A stretch of DNA of 64,000 nucleotides from Octopus vulgaris (Eukaryota), in NCBI GenBank assembly GCA_951406725.2, contig OX597822.1:102052001-102116000 (forward strand), given 5' to 3'. Below are positions 15,250 to 29,463 of this stretch, in pieces (position 1 is the first letter of the stretch; each line of letters starts with the position of its first letter). The notes under the pieces were generated by a model, which worked only from the letters and a program-made list of their open reading frames with translations, was not told the DNA's origin and did not search any database. Both the position numbers and the translations under genes were made by a program.

Positions 15250-15520
15250 GCAGTGTGGAAGGTGTTTATAAGCCATTTAAGAAACACACAAAAACCATTA
15301 GATTCACTTCAACATTTAAATTTAGTTTGCCAAAATATTTTCGTCGCTTTGAGACCTCGACCTGTTCACTGACTAAATTCCGTGCTGCATCTGAATCTAA
15401 CGGTTTTCGTTTGTTTCTTAAATGACTTATATACACCATCCACGCTGCAATTGTTTTCGTTCCAGCACACGATCTCAGATCAGGTGACTTGCTATGCAAT
15501 CTCCGTACATCTCCGTAATA
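15247..15520. mobile_element. Fold-back element of the G3-C8 HHR family (related to 40148-40490)
   Basis: High similarity to 40148-40490; inverted arms at ~15247-15305 and ~15393-15453. Confidence 0.75.
15326..15376 (-). ncRNA. Minimal type I hammerhead-like motif, G3-C8 variant (diverged copy)
   Basis: GUCA-GUGAACA-g-GUCG..CGAC-GAAA-AUAU-UU-UGGC; core identical to the 40 kb copies. Confidence 0.55.
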
Positions 15521-15563
15521 TACGTATATATATACACTTTTATTAAAGCTGCAAAAGCTTCAC

Positions 15564-15609
15564 AAAACTGTTACTCGGAGATTCACGTTCCCATTATTCG
15601 GACAGTTTT
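15564..15609 (-). ncRNA. Degenerate type I hammerhead motif
   Basis: 8-bp stem I AAAACUGU/ACAGUUUU encloses CCGAAUA-AUGGGAACGU-GAAUC-UCCGA-GUA; the core is mutated. Confidence 0.4.
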
Positions 15610-15617
15610 AATGTGTA

Positions 15618-15685
<68 letters not shown>

Positions 15686-16372
15686 TGCATCTAACTATTG
15701 ATCCTTTTTCCGCATTCTCAAAGATTTCCCTTTGAAACTTTGAAGAAAGAAAAAATACTTCTATCTTTGGAAACTGCACATCTTCCAATGTAGTCATGTT
15801 CAACATACTTCCAGTCCCATAGTTCCCGATGTATCGCCTCATTTTTTGTTTTGTTGCTTTTATTGTCTCATCTATTAGCACTCATTCGGACACATTGTCC
15901 CAAAACAGATTTCTTAATCTCGATTATTTTCCAAGTGTTTCTTTCCTACTTACAAACAAACCTACAACAATAATCACACTCATTTTACCAAGGTATCAGA
16001 TTCCTTGTAATAAGTCTGCTTTCTCACCCCCACTTTATTCCTCGTATTCTTCATCCACTTCTCCGCCTCACACTATCAGGTAATGTTGTTATCACTTTTC
16101 AAGAGGTCATATTCTTGCCATCAGTTGTAAATATAGTTCTAACGCCTTAACATTAGATGTAATAATCACGTCTGTATCTTTAAAAACAAGACTCTACTCC
16201 CGGATAAATGTTTGTCGTTATATAAAACATATAATAAAAATATTTAGCAAATACGTGATTATTTTAAGATTTCTACAACTATTGCTCTCAAGAATCATCC
16301 ATTCCATTTATTATAGAATATATATAAACATACTCTCACACACTTACACACACACGCGCGCGCGTATATATA

Positions 16373-17086
16373 CAGAGGTTGGACAAAATAATGGAAACAC
16401 CTTAAAATTTCAAACAAATTTATTTTAATATTGGGTAATTTCAGCTTGAATTCTATAAAGTATGGACTCGTACAAAGTTTGAATTGTTTCCAAAGGAATT
16501 TTTGTCCATTCTTCAGCTAAAACAGTCTACAGTTCTTGTAGTGATTATGGTGGGGGGGATATCGACTCCTTATTTGTTTTTCTAAAATGCACCATAAATG
16601 TTCAATAATATTGAGATCTGGGGACTGTGGTGGCCAGATAAGATGTTCAGCTTCACTAGAATGTACCTCGTGCCATTCAGCAATAATTTAGCAGTGTGAA
16701 TTGGTGTATTATCATCCTGAAACATTCCCTCCGGAATTCATAGGATGAATTTGATCAGATGAAATGCTTAAAAAGTCTTGACTATTAATTCCTGCCATGA
16801 AGGGAAACCATTGATCCGGCGGATTTCCAAGATATAGCCACTCGCCATATTATCACAGATCCTCCTCCATGTTTGACAGTTGCAAGAAGGTAGTCTGAGT
16901 CAAATGCTTCTTATGATTGTCTCCACAAGTATATTCGGCCGGTGGTTGGAAATAAGGTAAAGGATGACTCGTCCGAGAAAATAACATTCTTTCACTACTC
17001 TAGGGGCGAATTCTGTAGGTTTTTACACCACTCTTAACGCTTTGCGACGTTTGTTTTTGAAAGCAGTGGTTTTCTGATTTCAGCCT
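16373..17086 (-). mobile_element. Tc1 (DD34E-type) transposon, 3' half, degraded
   Basis: TA+CAGAGGTTGGACAAAATAATGGAAACAC TIR. Minus strand encodes VIFSDESSF, KHGGGSV, FQDDNTPIH and WPPQSPDLNIIEHLW. Confidence 0.9.
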
Positions 17087-17299
17087 CAAAATCACCAAGG
17101 ACAGACTTTTAAGTAAAACATCGTCAGGCGTTTATAAAACTATGAGAAAAATTCCCATGTGTGTGGGGATTTTTAAAAGATCAATTGATAAAAGGCTGTT
17201 GGAAGGCCCTTTAAAATATTTTCGTCAGTAGAGAGGCCCAGAACTTGCGAGTTTCTCGAAAATCAAGGTAAGTAAGCTCCTCGTTTTTTTTTCTCCGAC

Positions 17300-18957
17300 T
17301 AGCTTGACTGTGCTGAGAATGGGATGCGTGATGTGCATGACCTGGGATCAGCTTGGAAGCAAGGTCTCTTGCTCAATGATCTCAGGTCGCTTGTTTTAGA
17401 TGTGCCTGCCATTAATGAAACAAGGATCTCCGGAAAACACGTTCTAGCATCCATCTTCGAGGACTACGAGGTATTCTCATCCTGTGGTCTATCGGAAGCA
17501 GGTGGCGGTGTAGCAGTGTTATTCCGGAAATGCTTAGACCTCCAACTACGGGCTATCTTCCTGGATCCGGATGGTAGGATGGTGGTCCTGGACGTGAATG
17601 GCAAAGAAGGTGGTGCCTTTAGACTGGTGGCGGTTTATGCCCCAACAGGTGTCTAGAAACATTCGTGGGAACGTCTCGCACTTTAGTACTAGTGAGGTAC
17701 TGGAATAATATTTTGGAAGTACGGAAGGAATGTATGGGTTTAGTACATAGCAGAAGTGGGTGTAAAAGCCTCGAAAACCTGCTCAGGACTTTCCAGATTT
17801 CTAACAGATACCGAATGGATTTCCCTGATGTGCCAGTGTGGGCATGGAGCAACCACAGCGGGTCATTCAGATCTTATTTAGATAGAGAATTTGTTAGATC
17901 AGAGGATAGGGATAGCATAGGTTGCCCACAATTTAAATTGGTCGGCTACACAGATCAAAAATTTGTGATATGCTCAGTCGATTTAGATAGGACCGTAGAC
18001 AGCGACCCGGTTACCAGAAGTTGAATGCATCCTTACTGGCTTGCAAAGACTACAGAGACCGGATTAGGGAACAAGTGAAGCGCTATTGTCAACAACCAGT
18101 GGTGGATCGCTCTGAAGAGAGCGATCAGGGTAGAATCGAAAGCGTTTAACAAAGATTTCGCAATAGAAAGAAGTAGATTAGAGGGAGAACTAGTTAGCAA
18201 ACTAGGAGAGGCTATATTAGTAAAAGCATCGCGACCGACATATTAGCGGCGAGAATGGTCCTTGACCATTATTTTTTGAGGCGAAACACGGAGGGTGTGT
18301 TATCTAAGCTAAGCTCCGTGCGCTGAAAGGCGAAGGAATTAAAGCCATCCGATGGTACCGAATGTTAGAGACGCGACGTGGAAACAAAATTACAATCAAG
18401 TTATTGACGGATCAGGACGGGAGCATGCTACCCCGTTCTGCGCAGATGTGTGCGGTTTTTCAGAAGCACATTGCGCGGCTGTCTGGGGAGGGTGATGGGT
18501 CGACGACTGTAGCGGACTTTATTCCGTACCAGAACGGCTAACAATGGCTTTCGTTAACAGACGCGAGATTCTGCGGAAAGTCAATTACAGCCACTGAAAT
18601 ACGCAAGGCGATGAGTGACTGCACAAGTCGCAAATCGCCCGGTTTGAATGGTCTTCCCTACGAATTCTATGTATTCATAACAGATTTGTTTGGCAGACGT
18701 CAACAGTAACTGGCAGCAGAACGGGAGAATTCCTAGTGCTGTTAGCCGGGGTGTGGTAACACTGCTGAGAAAGGACGCCGACAATGGGGACATACAAGGG
18801 AATTTTCGTTCCATAACTCTGCTAAACACAGTTTAAGATTTTGGCCAAGGTGTTAGCGAAAAGTTTGACGCTTGTCGTCTGAAGACTGGTAGGGGAGGCA
18901 CAAGCATGCGCAATCCCAACCACGACAACCTCCACCTTATGTGATACATCGTAGAAG
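17300..18957 (+). mobile_element. L1/Tx1-clade LINE ORF2 (APE endonuclease + RT N-terminal part), degraded and truncated
   Basis: INETR, GGVAVLF, GRMVVLD, VAVYAP, SYLDR, KSPGLNGLPYEFY, NFRSITLLNT and KILAKVLA motifs with stops and frameshifts. Confidence 0.85.
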
Positions 18958-19184
18958 GAGCTGGGGCCATAGGTTCTCAAAGAAGTAAATGAAATAAACT
19001 TGTCAACAAATTCCCTAAGGAGATTAAAGAAAAACAAAAGAAACCAAATGAAACGAAAATAAGAAACGTCAGCTATCACAACAATGACATGAATAAATAG
19101 AACAGCCACGACAAGAAGAAGACGCAATGGTGATGAAAGGTGTGTGTGTGTGTGTGTGTGTACACGTATACATATATACATACA

Positions 19185-19700
19185 CATGTTCATGTTATGG
19201 CTGCCCCCCTCGTTATCGAGTATGGCCATTGCACGAAGCTTAACTGTTATTGGTGCTGTGATCGAATGTGACTTTTTAGCCCAACTAAAGATCTACAATG
19301 TCTTGTACAGAATTGGCCACTAAAACCTTTACCGGTAATAGCCGGCTGTAGTTGTAACTGGGCTTCATGTACCTTTGCATGTCGTTTAAGTCCTCCTGCC
19401 GAATTACACTCTCTTCCACATGCCCGACAGATATGATTAGTATGGTGTGTTACTCCACCACCAGTGGCTAGGTTGTCACTCATCTGTCTCGCTTTATGAC
19501 TACGAAGATGACTCATGAGTCCAGCTTTACTGAGGCAGGGTCTTGCACAGACATTGCATATCAAAGGAAGACTCTTCCCTTCGGGAAGTGTAACAGCGAT
19601 GCCCTTCCTGACATCCCTCCTTACTTTCTCATGTGCAACTCGAGATTTCTCAAACGTGGCTGTCCCCTCGTGCACAATCCTTCTCCACCTTCTACGATCA
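19185..19700 (-). mobile_element. RTE-type LINE 3' end with C2H2 zinc fingers
   Basis: DRRRWRRIVHEG (RTE ORF2 C-terminal motif), then CNVC..LMSHLRSH, CRAC..LKRHAKVH and a third degenerate finger (GQFC..LKSHIRSQH). Short 3' UTR with a repeat tail. Confidence 0.75.
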
Positions 19701-20038
19701 ATATATACATATACATGCATAAGTACATACATACATACATTTGCATAGTCAGTTTGCTTGGCCGTTTTATATAAAATTGAAAGTGATGTTTTAGAAAGAG
19801 AGAGAGGGGGAGGAGGTGAAAGACAGAAAAAAATTAGAAAGGAAGGTGCAGGGATGGGAGAGGATGAGAGAGTGGAAGATAGTGAAGATCGAGAAGAGAA
19901 AAGAAAATAGGAGTCTTTTGGTGTTTTGGAGAGGAAGGGAAAAGAAAGAAGAAAAAGTTTGAGAGCGAGCGGTGGGAGGTGTGGCTTTTGTATCAATGTG
20001 GTCAAACTAGCTTGATTCAGTAAATTCCTCAAGTTGCT

Positions 20039-20293
20039 TTCAAGAATTTTGGCTTCAAAAGACTATGCGTGACCGCTATCCGGCGCTTTGGAACAGAGTC
20101 AAATTGTTTTTCATTGCCTTTCCAGCATCTTATTTGGTTGAGAGAGGATTCAGTGCAGTCACTCGCCTTCTTGCGAAGCAGCGGTGCAAGCTCCGAATTA
20201 CGGAGCGTGGTGATCTCAGGCTTAATTCTTAGCTCAATTCAGCCTGAGGTTGAGAGGCTACTTTCATTTCACCAAGCTCATCTTCCTCATTGA
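20039..20293 (+). pseudogene. hAT (Buster/Charlie-like) transposase C-terminal dimerization fragment
   Basis: FQEFWLQ..RYPALW..FIAFPASYLVERGFSAV..RGDLRL/..IQPEVERL..HQAHLPH*. Confidence 0.8.
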
Positions 20294-20611
20294 ACACCTC
20301 CCTAAAAACCTACCTTGATGGGTTCTGTTAGTGCTATACTATTATGGCTTTCGTCCTTCATCTCTTTTCTTTTGATACGAACACCGTAGCGACATACACT
20401 TTTTTAATGCACGAACTTTGTGACATTTATATGAAAAATCTCTTATTATTGGTGCGAAATTCCTTGGCTGTAGGACGAAGGTGTCCGAGATCTTCTGATG
20501 GTTCAACATTAGTCACACTTTGGTCGCAGTTCTTCTCGCTTCTAGGTACAGCAGAAACAGGGCTTGTCGCCTCTCTGTTTCGCAAAAGAACCTTTAGCGG
20601 CAACGTTCAGC

Positions 20612-20965
20612 AAGGTGCTGGACATATGCACAGCGATAGTGTTCCGGTAAACGGAACCTCATATCCATACATACGGCATAGTAGCCAGCGGAGGTTTGGG
20701 GCTACCTTGTCGTGTCTAAGCTTGTACTCTTTCTGCGCAAGACTTTCACAAGCAGTAACAATGTGAGTCACACTTTCGACCCTCTTCCCACTCATTCTTC
20801 AGAGGTCCGTTTTTCACTGAGTTGGTATTCAATGCCTGGTCCTGGGCAGCGATGATTAAGCTTTCAGTATTCTTTTTAAGGTCACCCTTGTTGAGCCACC
20901 TTCATGATCTTTTAATTTGTTGGTTTCACGGTGGAATTGACCATGTAATTCCATGCGGAGTAGGG
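20612..20965 (-). mobile_element. R4/Dong-like non-LTR retrotransposon fragment
   Basis: LHGQF, IIAAQDQAL and ESVTHIVTACESLAQKEYKLRHDKVA (CCHC/RHD region); abuts (TAA)n. Confidence 0.8.
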
Positions 20966-21027
20966 TTTCATCTCTCATTACTATTGTTGTCATCATTATT
21001 ATTATTAATATTATTATTATTATTATG

Positions 21028-21126
<99 letters not shown>

Positions 21127-21259
21127 GTTATGAAGACACATGGCCTAGTGGTTAGGCTATTGCACTCACGGTCGCGAGATCGTTGTTTCAATTCAGAAAA
21201 AAGCTAGACCGAGTGGTAAGTTGTGTTCTTGTCTCATGATGTTCTGCTACTACTTCGTC

Positions 21260-21434
21260 ACGTGACGCGCGGTACACCATACACCTGTTTCGGCAACGTT
21301 GGTTTGGTGGATGGAGTGAGCTAATGTACAGCAAGAACATTTGATCACTGTAAAAAAAAAATAATTTGTGAAGGTCGTTCGGCAAAAATGCTGAACACTC
21401 AAACGTCGTCTTCGACGGGAGAGTCCGTCATTAG

Positions 21435-21472
<38 letters not shown>

Positions 21473-21672
21473 ATTATTATCATTATTATTTATTACGTGA
21501 CGCGCGGTACACCATACACCTGTTTCGGCAACGTTGGTTTGGTGGATGGAGTGAGCTAATGTACAGCAAGAACATTTGATCACTGTAAAAAAAAAATAAT
21601 TTGTGAAGGTCGTTCGGCAAAAATGCTGAACACTCAAACGTCGTCTTCGACGGGAGAGTCCGTCATTAGTTG

Positions 21673-21676
<4 letters not shown>
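21260..21676 (+). repeat. Identical ~180-bp direct duplication of a SINE-like tail
   Basis: 21260-21440 matches 21495-21676; a tRNA-like head lies at ~21135-21190. Confidence 0.85.
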
Positions 21677-21767
<91 letters not shown>

Positions 21768-21769
21768 AC

Positions 21770-21864
<95 letters not shown>

Positions 21865-21865
<1 letters not shown>

Positions 21866-22052
21866 GGCGCCGAGCTGGCAGAATCGTTAGCACGCCGAGC
21901 AAAATGCTTAGCGGTATTTCGTCCGTCGCTACGTTCTCAATTCAAATTCCGCCGAGGTCGACTTTGCCTTTCATCTTTTCGAGGTCGATAAATTAAGTAC
22001 CAGCGAAATGCTTGGGGCGATGTAATTGAATTATCCCCTCCTCCAAAATTTC
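21865..22052 (+). mobile_element. SINE family B
   Basis: GGCGCCGAGCTGGCAGAATCGTTAGCACGCC..GTCGATAAATTAAGTACCAG. Confidence 0.8.
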
Positions 22053-22097
22053 ATTATTATCATTATTATTATTTATTATTATTATTATTATTATTAT

Positions 22098-22779
22098 TGA
22101 GTGAGAGAGCAGTACATGCCATCAAAGTGACACTGGGGTAAAATATACGAAGCCCAATATACCCATCATGACTACCCGTCTGATAAAGGTACACCAGGCA
22201 CATGAATCTCAACCATATGTGCGCGACATGGTGATCTCATATCACGATAAACAGCACATGACCTTGCAGGTGGGGCCCAGTTAGAATTTTCTTCAGGTTG
22301 AGTAGCCCATCCCGCTCAAAAGGTCCCTGAATAAGGATTATTTAAGGATGTTGAACAAAACACCATGTTTCCAGAAGTGAATTATTCAACCCCCAAAGAA
22401 TCCCTTTCAACACATGGCTATGATGCTCCCCAACTACTTCTGCTCGTGATCAGAGATGCACATATCGTCAGCCACTAAGGGACATGCTCAACTGGTTAAG
22501 GTCAAACAACTGACAAGCAAATCTGTGATATTGAGCAGAATCTTTCCTGTATCCCATCTTTACAGCATCTTTATTATTGAGTGAGAGAGCAGTGCATGCC
22601 ATCAAAGTGACACTGGGGTAAAATATACGATGCCCAGTATACCATCATGACTACCCGTCTGATAAGGGTACACTAGACACATGCATCACAACCATATGTG
22701 CGCGACATGATGATCTCATATCGAGATAAACCGTGCATGACCTTGTAGGTGGGACCAGTTTGAATTTTCTTCTGGTCGA

Positions 22780-22780
<1 letters not shown>
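22098..22780 (-). mobile_element. Two tandem copies of a non-coding element whose end abuts (TAA)n
   Basis: GAGTGAGAGAGCAGT(A/G)CATGCCATCAAAGTGACACTGGGG at 22099 and 22578; both copies adjoin TTA repeats. Confidence 0.65.
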
Positions 22781-22852
<72 letters not shown>

Positions 22853-22857
<5 letters not shown>

Positions 22858-23065
22858 TAGTTTTATTTTTATAGCGTGCTTTCACTTCACTACCGAGCGC
22901 AGCTCTGTGTGCCTTGGGTATGTGCTGTGATTTGTTGTGATGCTCTGATGGTTATTGTATGGAAAGTGTTTTGCGTAGGATGTGTGCAGTGCCTAGTAGT
23001 GCAATTTTCTGTATGTTATATGTGTTTGTAAGTCCTGGTGTTTTTGTTATGTATTTGTCTGAATA

Positions 23066-23070
<5 letters not shown>
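22853..23070 (-). mobile_element. R4/Dong-like LINE 3' end inside (TAA)n
   Basis: KYITKTPGL..IQKIALLGTAHILRKTLSIQ* plus 3' UTR, flanked on both sides by TAA repeats. Confidence 0.8.
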
Positions 23071-23679
<609 letters not shown>

Positions 23680-24425
23680 GGCGGTGAGCTGGCAGAATCG
23701 TTAGCACACCAGGTAAAATGCTTGGAACGAACGCCTCAGTGCAAACATGAATGTTTAACAAGAAAAACTCTCTCCAACAAACGGCTTTCTCAAACCTTCA
23801 CAATTTTTGTCTCTTCGCGACATACGAGCTTAACGAAATTTACGAATTTTACCCAATCAAAACTCAACCAATTATCCACTCTGTGTTGAAGCGGCCGTCC
23901 TTAACATATCTGGTTTTTCTCCGAATTAAACTTATTTACAGTCGTGTAGCATGTAATTGAAAGCTATTCCTAAAACGTGGATGAAAATCACTGAATGAAA
24001 TCACAAAACAAGCCATGCAGCAGTCTACTGACTGCATTGCTGGAGCCATTGCGACTCCGATGGGAAAGATTGAATTATCAGTAAGCTGTGCATTCCATTG
24101 AAATAAGTGCTCAAGTGTACGTGTGTGCGTATGAACGTGTGTATGTCTGTATCTGAAACACGCAGGAAAGAAGGCGGGAGGAGGAGGAGGAGGAGGAGGA
24201 GGAGAGATAGCTTAGTCTTTAGTGTTTCAATGACTATTAGTTTATATATTTTGATGTGTTGGATTTAATTAATGTCTTCAAGGTTAATACGTGATGCATC
24301 TATGTCAGCATTGTGATGTGTGAGCATTTGTACAGAGACAAAGAACGAGATATTCAATACTCATGCAGATGTGTGTGTGTGAGAGAGTATGTGTGTGTGT
24401 ATGTGTGTGTGTGTGTGTGTGTGTT

Positions 24426-24470
<45 letters not shown>

Positions 24471-24531
24471 ATTAAGAGCAGAATATGTGATATACAGGCA
24501 CGTATGTGTACGTATGCATAGAAGTATAGAG

Positions 24532-24579
<48 letters not shown>

Positions 24580-24838
24580 CACACATATATATATATGTGT
24601 ATGTATAAAGACCAGGGTATATAACATACACATATATAGGTGTGTGTGTGTGCATTAAGAGCAGAATATGTAATATACAGGCACGTATATGTACGTATGC
24701 ATAGAAGTATAGAGCAATATATATATATAATACACACACATATTTGTATGTATAAAGACTAGGGTATATAACATACACATATATAGGTGTGTGTGTGAGT
24801 GTATGAGTGTGTGTGAGTGTATGAGTGTGTGTATGTGT

Positions 24839-24878
<40 letters not shown>

Positions 24879-26099
24879 CAATAAAGAGCAAGATGTATAA
24901 CACAAACATATGTGTGCTTGTTTATGTATAGAGATGACGAGCAGAATACATAATCTGCGCACAAATACGCACAATTTTATGTGTATTTATGTATGTATAG
25001 AGTCTGTAATGTTTGTGTTACTGTCTACAAAATGATTATAAGTATAAAGTAGATACAAAGTAGAAATAATGCTATGACAACATAATGAATATTTAGTATC
25101 TTGACGTCATTATAATATTATAATTCCATTATTATACACTCTACAATGATGTCATAATACCATCAACCACCCAAATTTTATTCAAAATTCATTTGCTGTG
25201 TTAGTAATATCTTTCCCTACCAAAATGTTTTGCTTGTTTTCTTTTTTTTTTCTTTTCCCGATTAATTGACGAATGATAAAATATTGGAATAACCGGAACA
25301 AAATTACATTCTTGAAGTAGCAATAAAATATTTTGGCGTTCAAATAGCGTAATAAAAATACATAATTAAAAAGCTGTACCGAAAGGCGCGACACGTTAGC
25401 AAAATGTGCGGTTGCAGTACATTGGTTCCACACTCAACTCCTATTGGACAATCCTAGTGTGTTGAGTCCACACGCCGTATATAAATATAGGAACACAGAA
25501 ACTTAATTGTTATTTACGCTTTGTGTAATGTGCACGGGAACAAATTCAACGCCGATGAGATATGCCGGCAGAATTTGTTAACGTAACTGAGTTTTATGCT
25601 CATGTAACTAATGTTTGTCGGTCTTACGAAACACTGGTAAACATTAATACCGATTACGTTTTCTGTGTTCCTTTCTTTATAAATCAAGTAATGAGCATGT
25701 TCTAAATCATTAACTTTCTATAAATGATTGAGGCTTTATTGAAACTCTTTAGAGATGTTTGTATAGGGTAAGCCAGTGTATAAAATGATATCTTCTCTAA
25801 TCTCTAACCGCGGGAACTAAATTAAAATCTTATAATCTGATAAACACTCGTCGGCTTCCAGTTCTCCTTCTGATTATATCAGTTACAACTTATATCAGAG
25901 CCGAAGATATGAACTTTCATCCACCTATTTCGACTATTAAGCCGGAGTTCTAGAAACTATGTCAGTTTTTACGTAATATTCACACAAAACTTTACGTATT
26001 TTTCGATAAAAAGGATATGACTTTATCTATTTTGTTTGGTTCGCTTTTGTTTTAATTTTATTATTAGGATCACATTATTCAGTTTCTAAAACAATTTCA

Positions 26100-26482
26100 C
26101 TCTTTTACTTGTTTCAGTCATGCTGGAACATCGTCTTTAGTCGAACAAGTCGACCCCAGGACTTATTCTTTTGTAAGCCCAGTACTTATTCTATCGGTCT
26201 CTTTTGCTGAACCGCTAAGTTACGGACACGTAAACACACCAGCATCGGTTGTCAAGACACACAAACTTATACACACACATACATATATACGACGGGCTTC
26301 TTTTCAGTTTCCGTCAACCAAATCCACTCACAAGGCTTTGGTCGGCCCGAGGCTATAGTAGAAGACACTTAGCCGAGGTGCCACGCAGTGGGACTGAACC
26401 CGGAACCATGTGGCTGGTAAGCAAGCCACTTACCACACAGCCAGTCCTACGTCTACACTTACCACACAGCCACTCCTACGCC
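26100..26482 (-). mobile_element. SINE family A (CORE-like, with internal microsatellite)
   Basis: GGCGTAGGAGTGGCTGTGTGGTAAG..GGTTCAGTCCCACTGCGTGGCACCT..; tail TGACTGAAACAAGTAAAAGAG. The first ~25 bp of the head is duplicated. Confidence 0.85.
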
Positions 26483-26946
26483 TACAGATCATAAAAATAA
26501 ATATATGGTTATACAAATAAATAAGAAGCAGATTCTTATTTATTCCCCACTCAATAATTGGGGTGAAGGATATAAATTATTAGCAACAAGCTTCTGTAAT
26601 ATTGTTCTGCTTGTCATGAGGTGTGTTCAATTGTTACGCCTTCAACAAACTTAAAACCGGTTTGAAATCGAAGGCCTAACCTTAGACTTTGTTACTTGCT
26701 CCGACCATTGAACTTCAGTCATGCCGGAGAACCAGTTGTAGAAGGTTACTCGAACAAATCGGCCCAAGTAGTTAATTTAAGTCAGGTACTAATCTATCGA
26801 GTCCTTTTTGCCAAACCGCTAAGTTATATGGCGTAAACAAATTAACATCGGTTGTCAAGCGAAATGGAGGAGGAACACACACGTGTCTTACATACAGACA
26901 CATATACACACACACACATACATATATAATATGGATATATATGTGC

Positions 26947-26989
<43 letters not shown>

Positions 26990-26991
<2 letters not shown>

Positions 26992-27405
26992 CACAGGCGT
27001 GGCTGTGTGGTAAGAAGATGGCTTCCCAACAACATGGTTCCGGGTTCATTCCCACTGAGCAGATGTTTTCTACTATAGCCTCGACCGACCAAATCCTAAT
27101 GAGTGGATTTGTTAGACGGAAACTGAAAGAAGCCCGTCGTATATATGTACATGTATATGTATATGTGTGTGTGTGTGTGTGTGTCTGTGTGTCTGTGTGT
27201 CTGTGTGTCCCCTCCCCCACCATCGCCTGACAACCGATGCCGGTGTGTTTACGTCTCCGTTGCTTAACGGTTCGGCAAAAGGCACCGATAGAATAAGTAC
27301 CAGGCTTACAAAGAATAAGTCCTGGGGTAGATTTCTTCGACTAAAAATGGTACTCCAGCATGGCCGCAGTCAAACGACTGAAACAAATAAAAGAATAAAA
27401 GAATA
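26990..27405 (+). mobile_element. SINE family A
   Basis: Same head, body and tail as the other family A copies. Confidence 0.8.
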
Positions 27406-27704
27406 CGATGAGATTCATACAGTTCCCATCTACCAAATTCACTAACATGGCGTCGGTTGATTCGGGTCTGCAGTAGAAGACATTTGCCCAAGGTGCCACG
27501 TGCTGAAACTGAATGCAAAACGGCATGATTGCAAAACCACGAACTTCTTTACGAACCATCCAAGCTTAATCGAATCAGTTAACACAATGAAGTCATTTCT
27601 AGACTTATGCATTTTGAGCAAGCTTAAATAAGAATGAAGTCGATTACATAAATGTATATCTTGACCGGCGAAGTCGTGAAGCGTTCCATATATTTTAGGC
27701 GCAA

Positions 27705-28170
27705 ACGGCGTCTGTGTGGTAAGAAGTTTGCTTCTCAACCACATGGTTTCGGGTTCAGTCCTACTGCTGGGCTCCTCAGGCAGGTGTCAACCAAAATCTT
27801 GTAATAAACGCTCGGGAAGACCAAAATCTTGTGTGTGAATTTGGTAGAGAGAAACTAAAAGCTCATCATATATGCCTGTGTGTGTGTGTGTATATATATA
27901 TATGTATTATATATGTGTGTGCGCGTGTGTGCGTGTTGTGTATGTGTGTGTGTAGTGTATGTGTCTTTATACTTGTGTTTGTCGCCCACTGCCGCTTGAT
28001 AATTGGTGCTGGTTTGTTTACGTCCCTGTAGCTTAGCCGTTCGGCAAAAGCGATCGATGGGATAAATACCAGACTTAACAAAAAATAAGCACTCGGGTCG
28101 ATTTGACCGACTAAACGCCTCAAGGCTGTGCTTCAGCGTGACTGCAGTCCAATGACTGAAATAAGTAAAG
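27705..28170 (+). mobile_element. SINE family A (diverged)
   Basis: Degenerate head and tail recognisable. Confidence 0.7.
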
Positions 28171-28386
28171 TTTTTATAAATCAGTGAAACAAAGCTTTAA
28201 ATTTACGCAACAAAATAAGAATAAGAATATTTATGAAACGATGGATTTACAAGGGTCCTGATAGAAACTGTAATTGAAACAACTACTATATATATATAAC
28301 CTTTTAGCATATTTTAATTAAACATCAATTATATAGTCTTTTATCAACCCTTAATTAAAGCAGCTATTATGTATGTGATCCTTTAC

Positions 28387-28785
28387 CAGGAGTGGCTGTG
28401 TGGTAAGTAGCTTGCTTACCAACCACATGGTTCCGGGTTCAGTCCCACTGCGTGGCACCTTAGGCAAGTGTCTTCTACTATAGCCACGGGCCGACCAAAG
28501 CCTTGGGAGTGGACTTGGTAGAAGGAAACTGAAAGAAGCCCGTCGCATATATGTATATATATATATATGTATGTATGTGTGTGTGTATATATGTCTGTAT
28601 GTCTGTGTTTGTCACCCCAACATCGCATAACAACCGATGCTGGTGTGTTTACGTCCCCGAAACTTAGCGGTTCGGCAAAAGACACCGATAGAATAAGTAC
28701 TAGGCTACCAAAGAATAAGTCCTAAAAGGCGGTGCTCCATCATGGCCGCAGTCAAATTACTGAAACAAGTAAAAAAAGTAAAAGA
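28387..28785 (+). mobile_element. SINE family A
   Basis: Matches 48987-49412 and 51772-52183. Confidence 0.85.
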
Positions 28786-28993
28786 GCAATTCTAAATTAA
28801 ACATCTATTATTTATGAAATACATTATTTATGTGATTAATTTAACAACATTTTATAAGAACGACTGTTAATTATGCAACCATTTACATATAAACCCTTAA
28901 TTAAAACAACTATTAAGCAACCATTTATTTACCCTTAATTAAACAACTACTATTTGTGCAATAAATATTAGCCCTTACTTAAAACAACTATTA

Positions 28994-29463
28994 CACTGTG
29001 TAACACGATTTTTGTCCTTGTGTAGCAACTGTTATTCCCTATTTGCTTACCCCTAGAAAGCTAATATTTCCTTCAAACTTTGCTTTCGTAACATTTATTC
29101 AACCCCCCCCCCCCCCCCCAGAGAATCCCTCTCAACACATGGCTATGATGCATCCCCACTACTCCTGCTCATGATCAGAGATGCTCATATTGTCAACCAC
29201 TAACGGACATGTTCAAGTGGTTAAGCAACTGACAGGCAAATCTGTGATATTGAACAAAATATTTGTTGTAAGGTATTTCTGCCTGAGCAACTCAGCGCTG
29301 AATTTGTCTGAAATATAACGGAAAATAGGTCAACTTCAAAACGTTGGCGTCCAGATCACAAAAGCAAAGTTTGAAGGGAATAATAGTCATTTTCTTTGAT
29401 TTCTAGATAAAAGTAAATAGGTCACAGCACTCACTGACCAAATACAAAATTTTTGTTACACTG
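28994..29463. mobile_element. MITE with long imperfect TIRs
   Basis: TA-CACTGTGTAACACGATTTTTGT ... ACAAAATTTTTGTTACACTG-TA; inner inverted pair CCTTCAAACTTTGCTTT / AAAGCAAAGTTTGAAGG. Confidence 0.65.
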
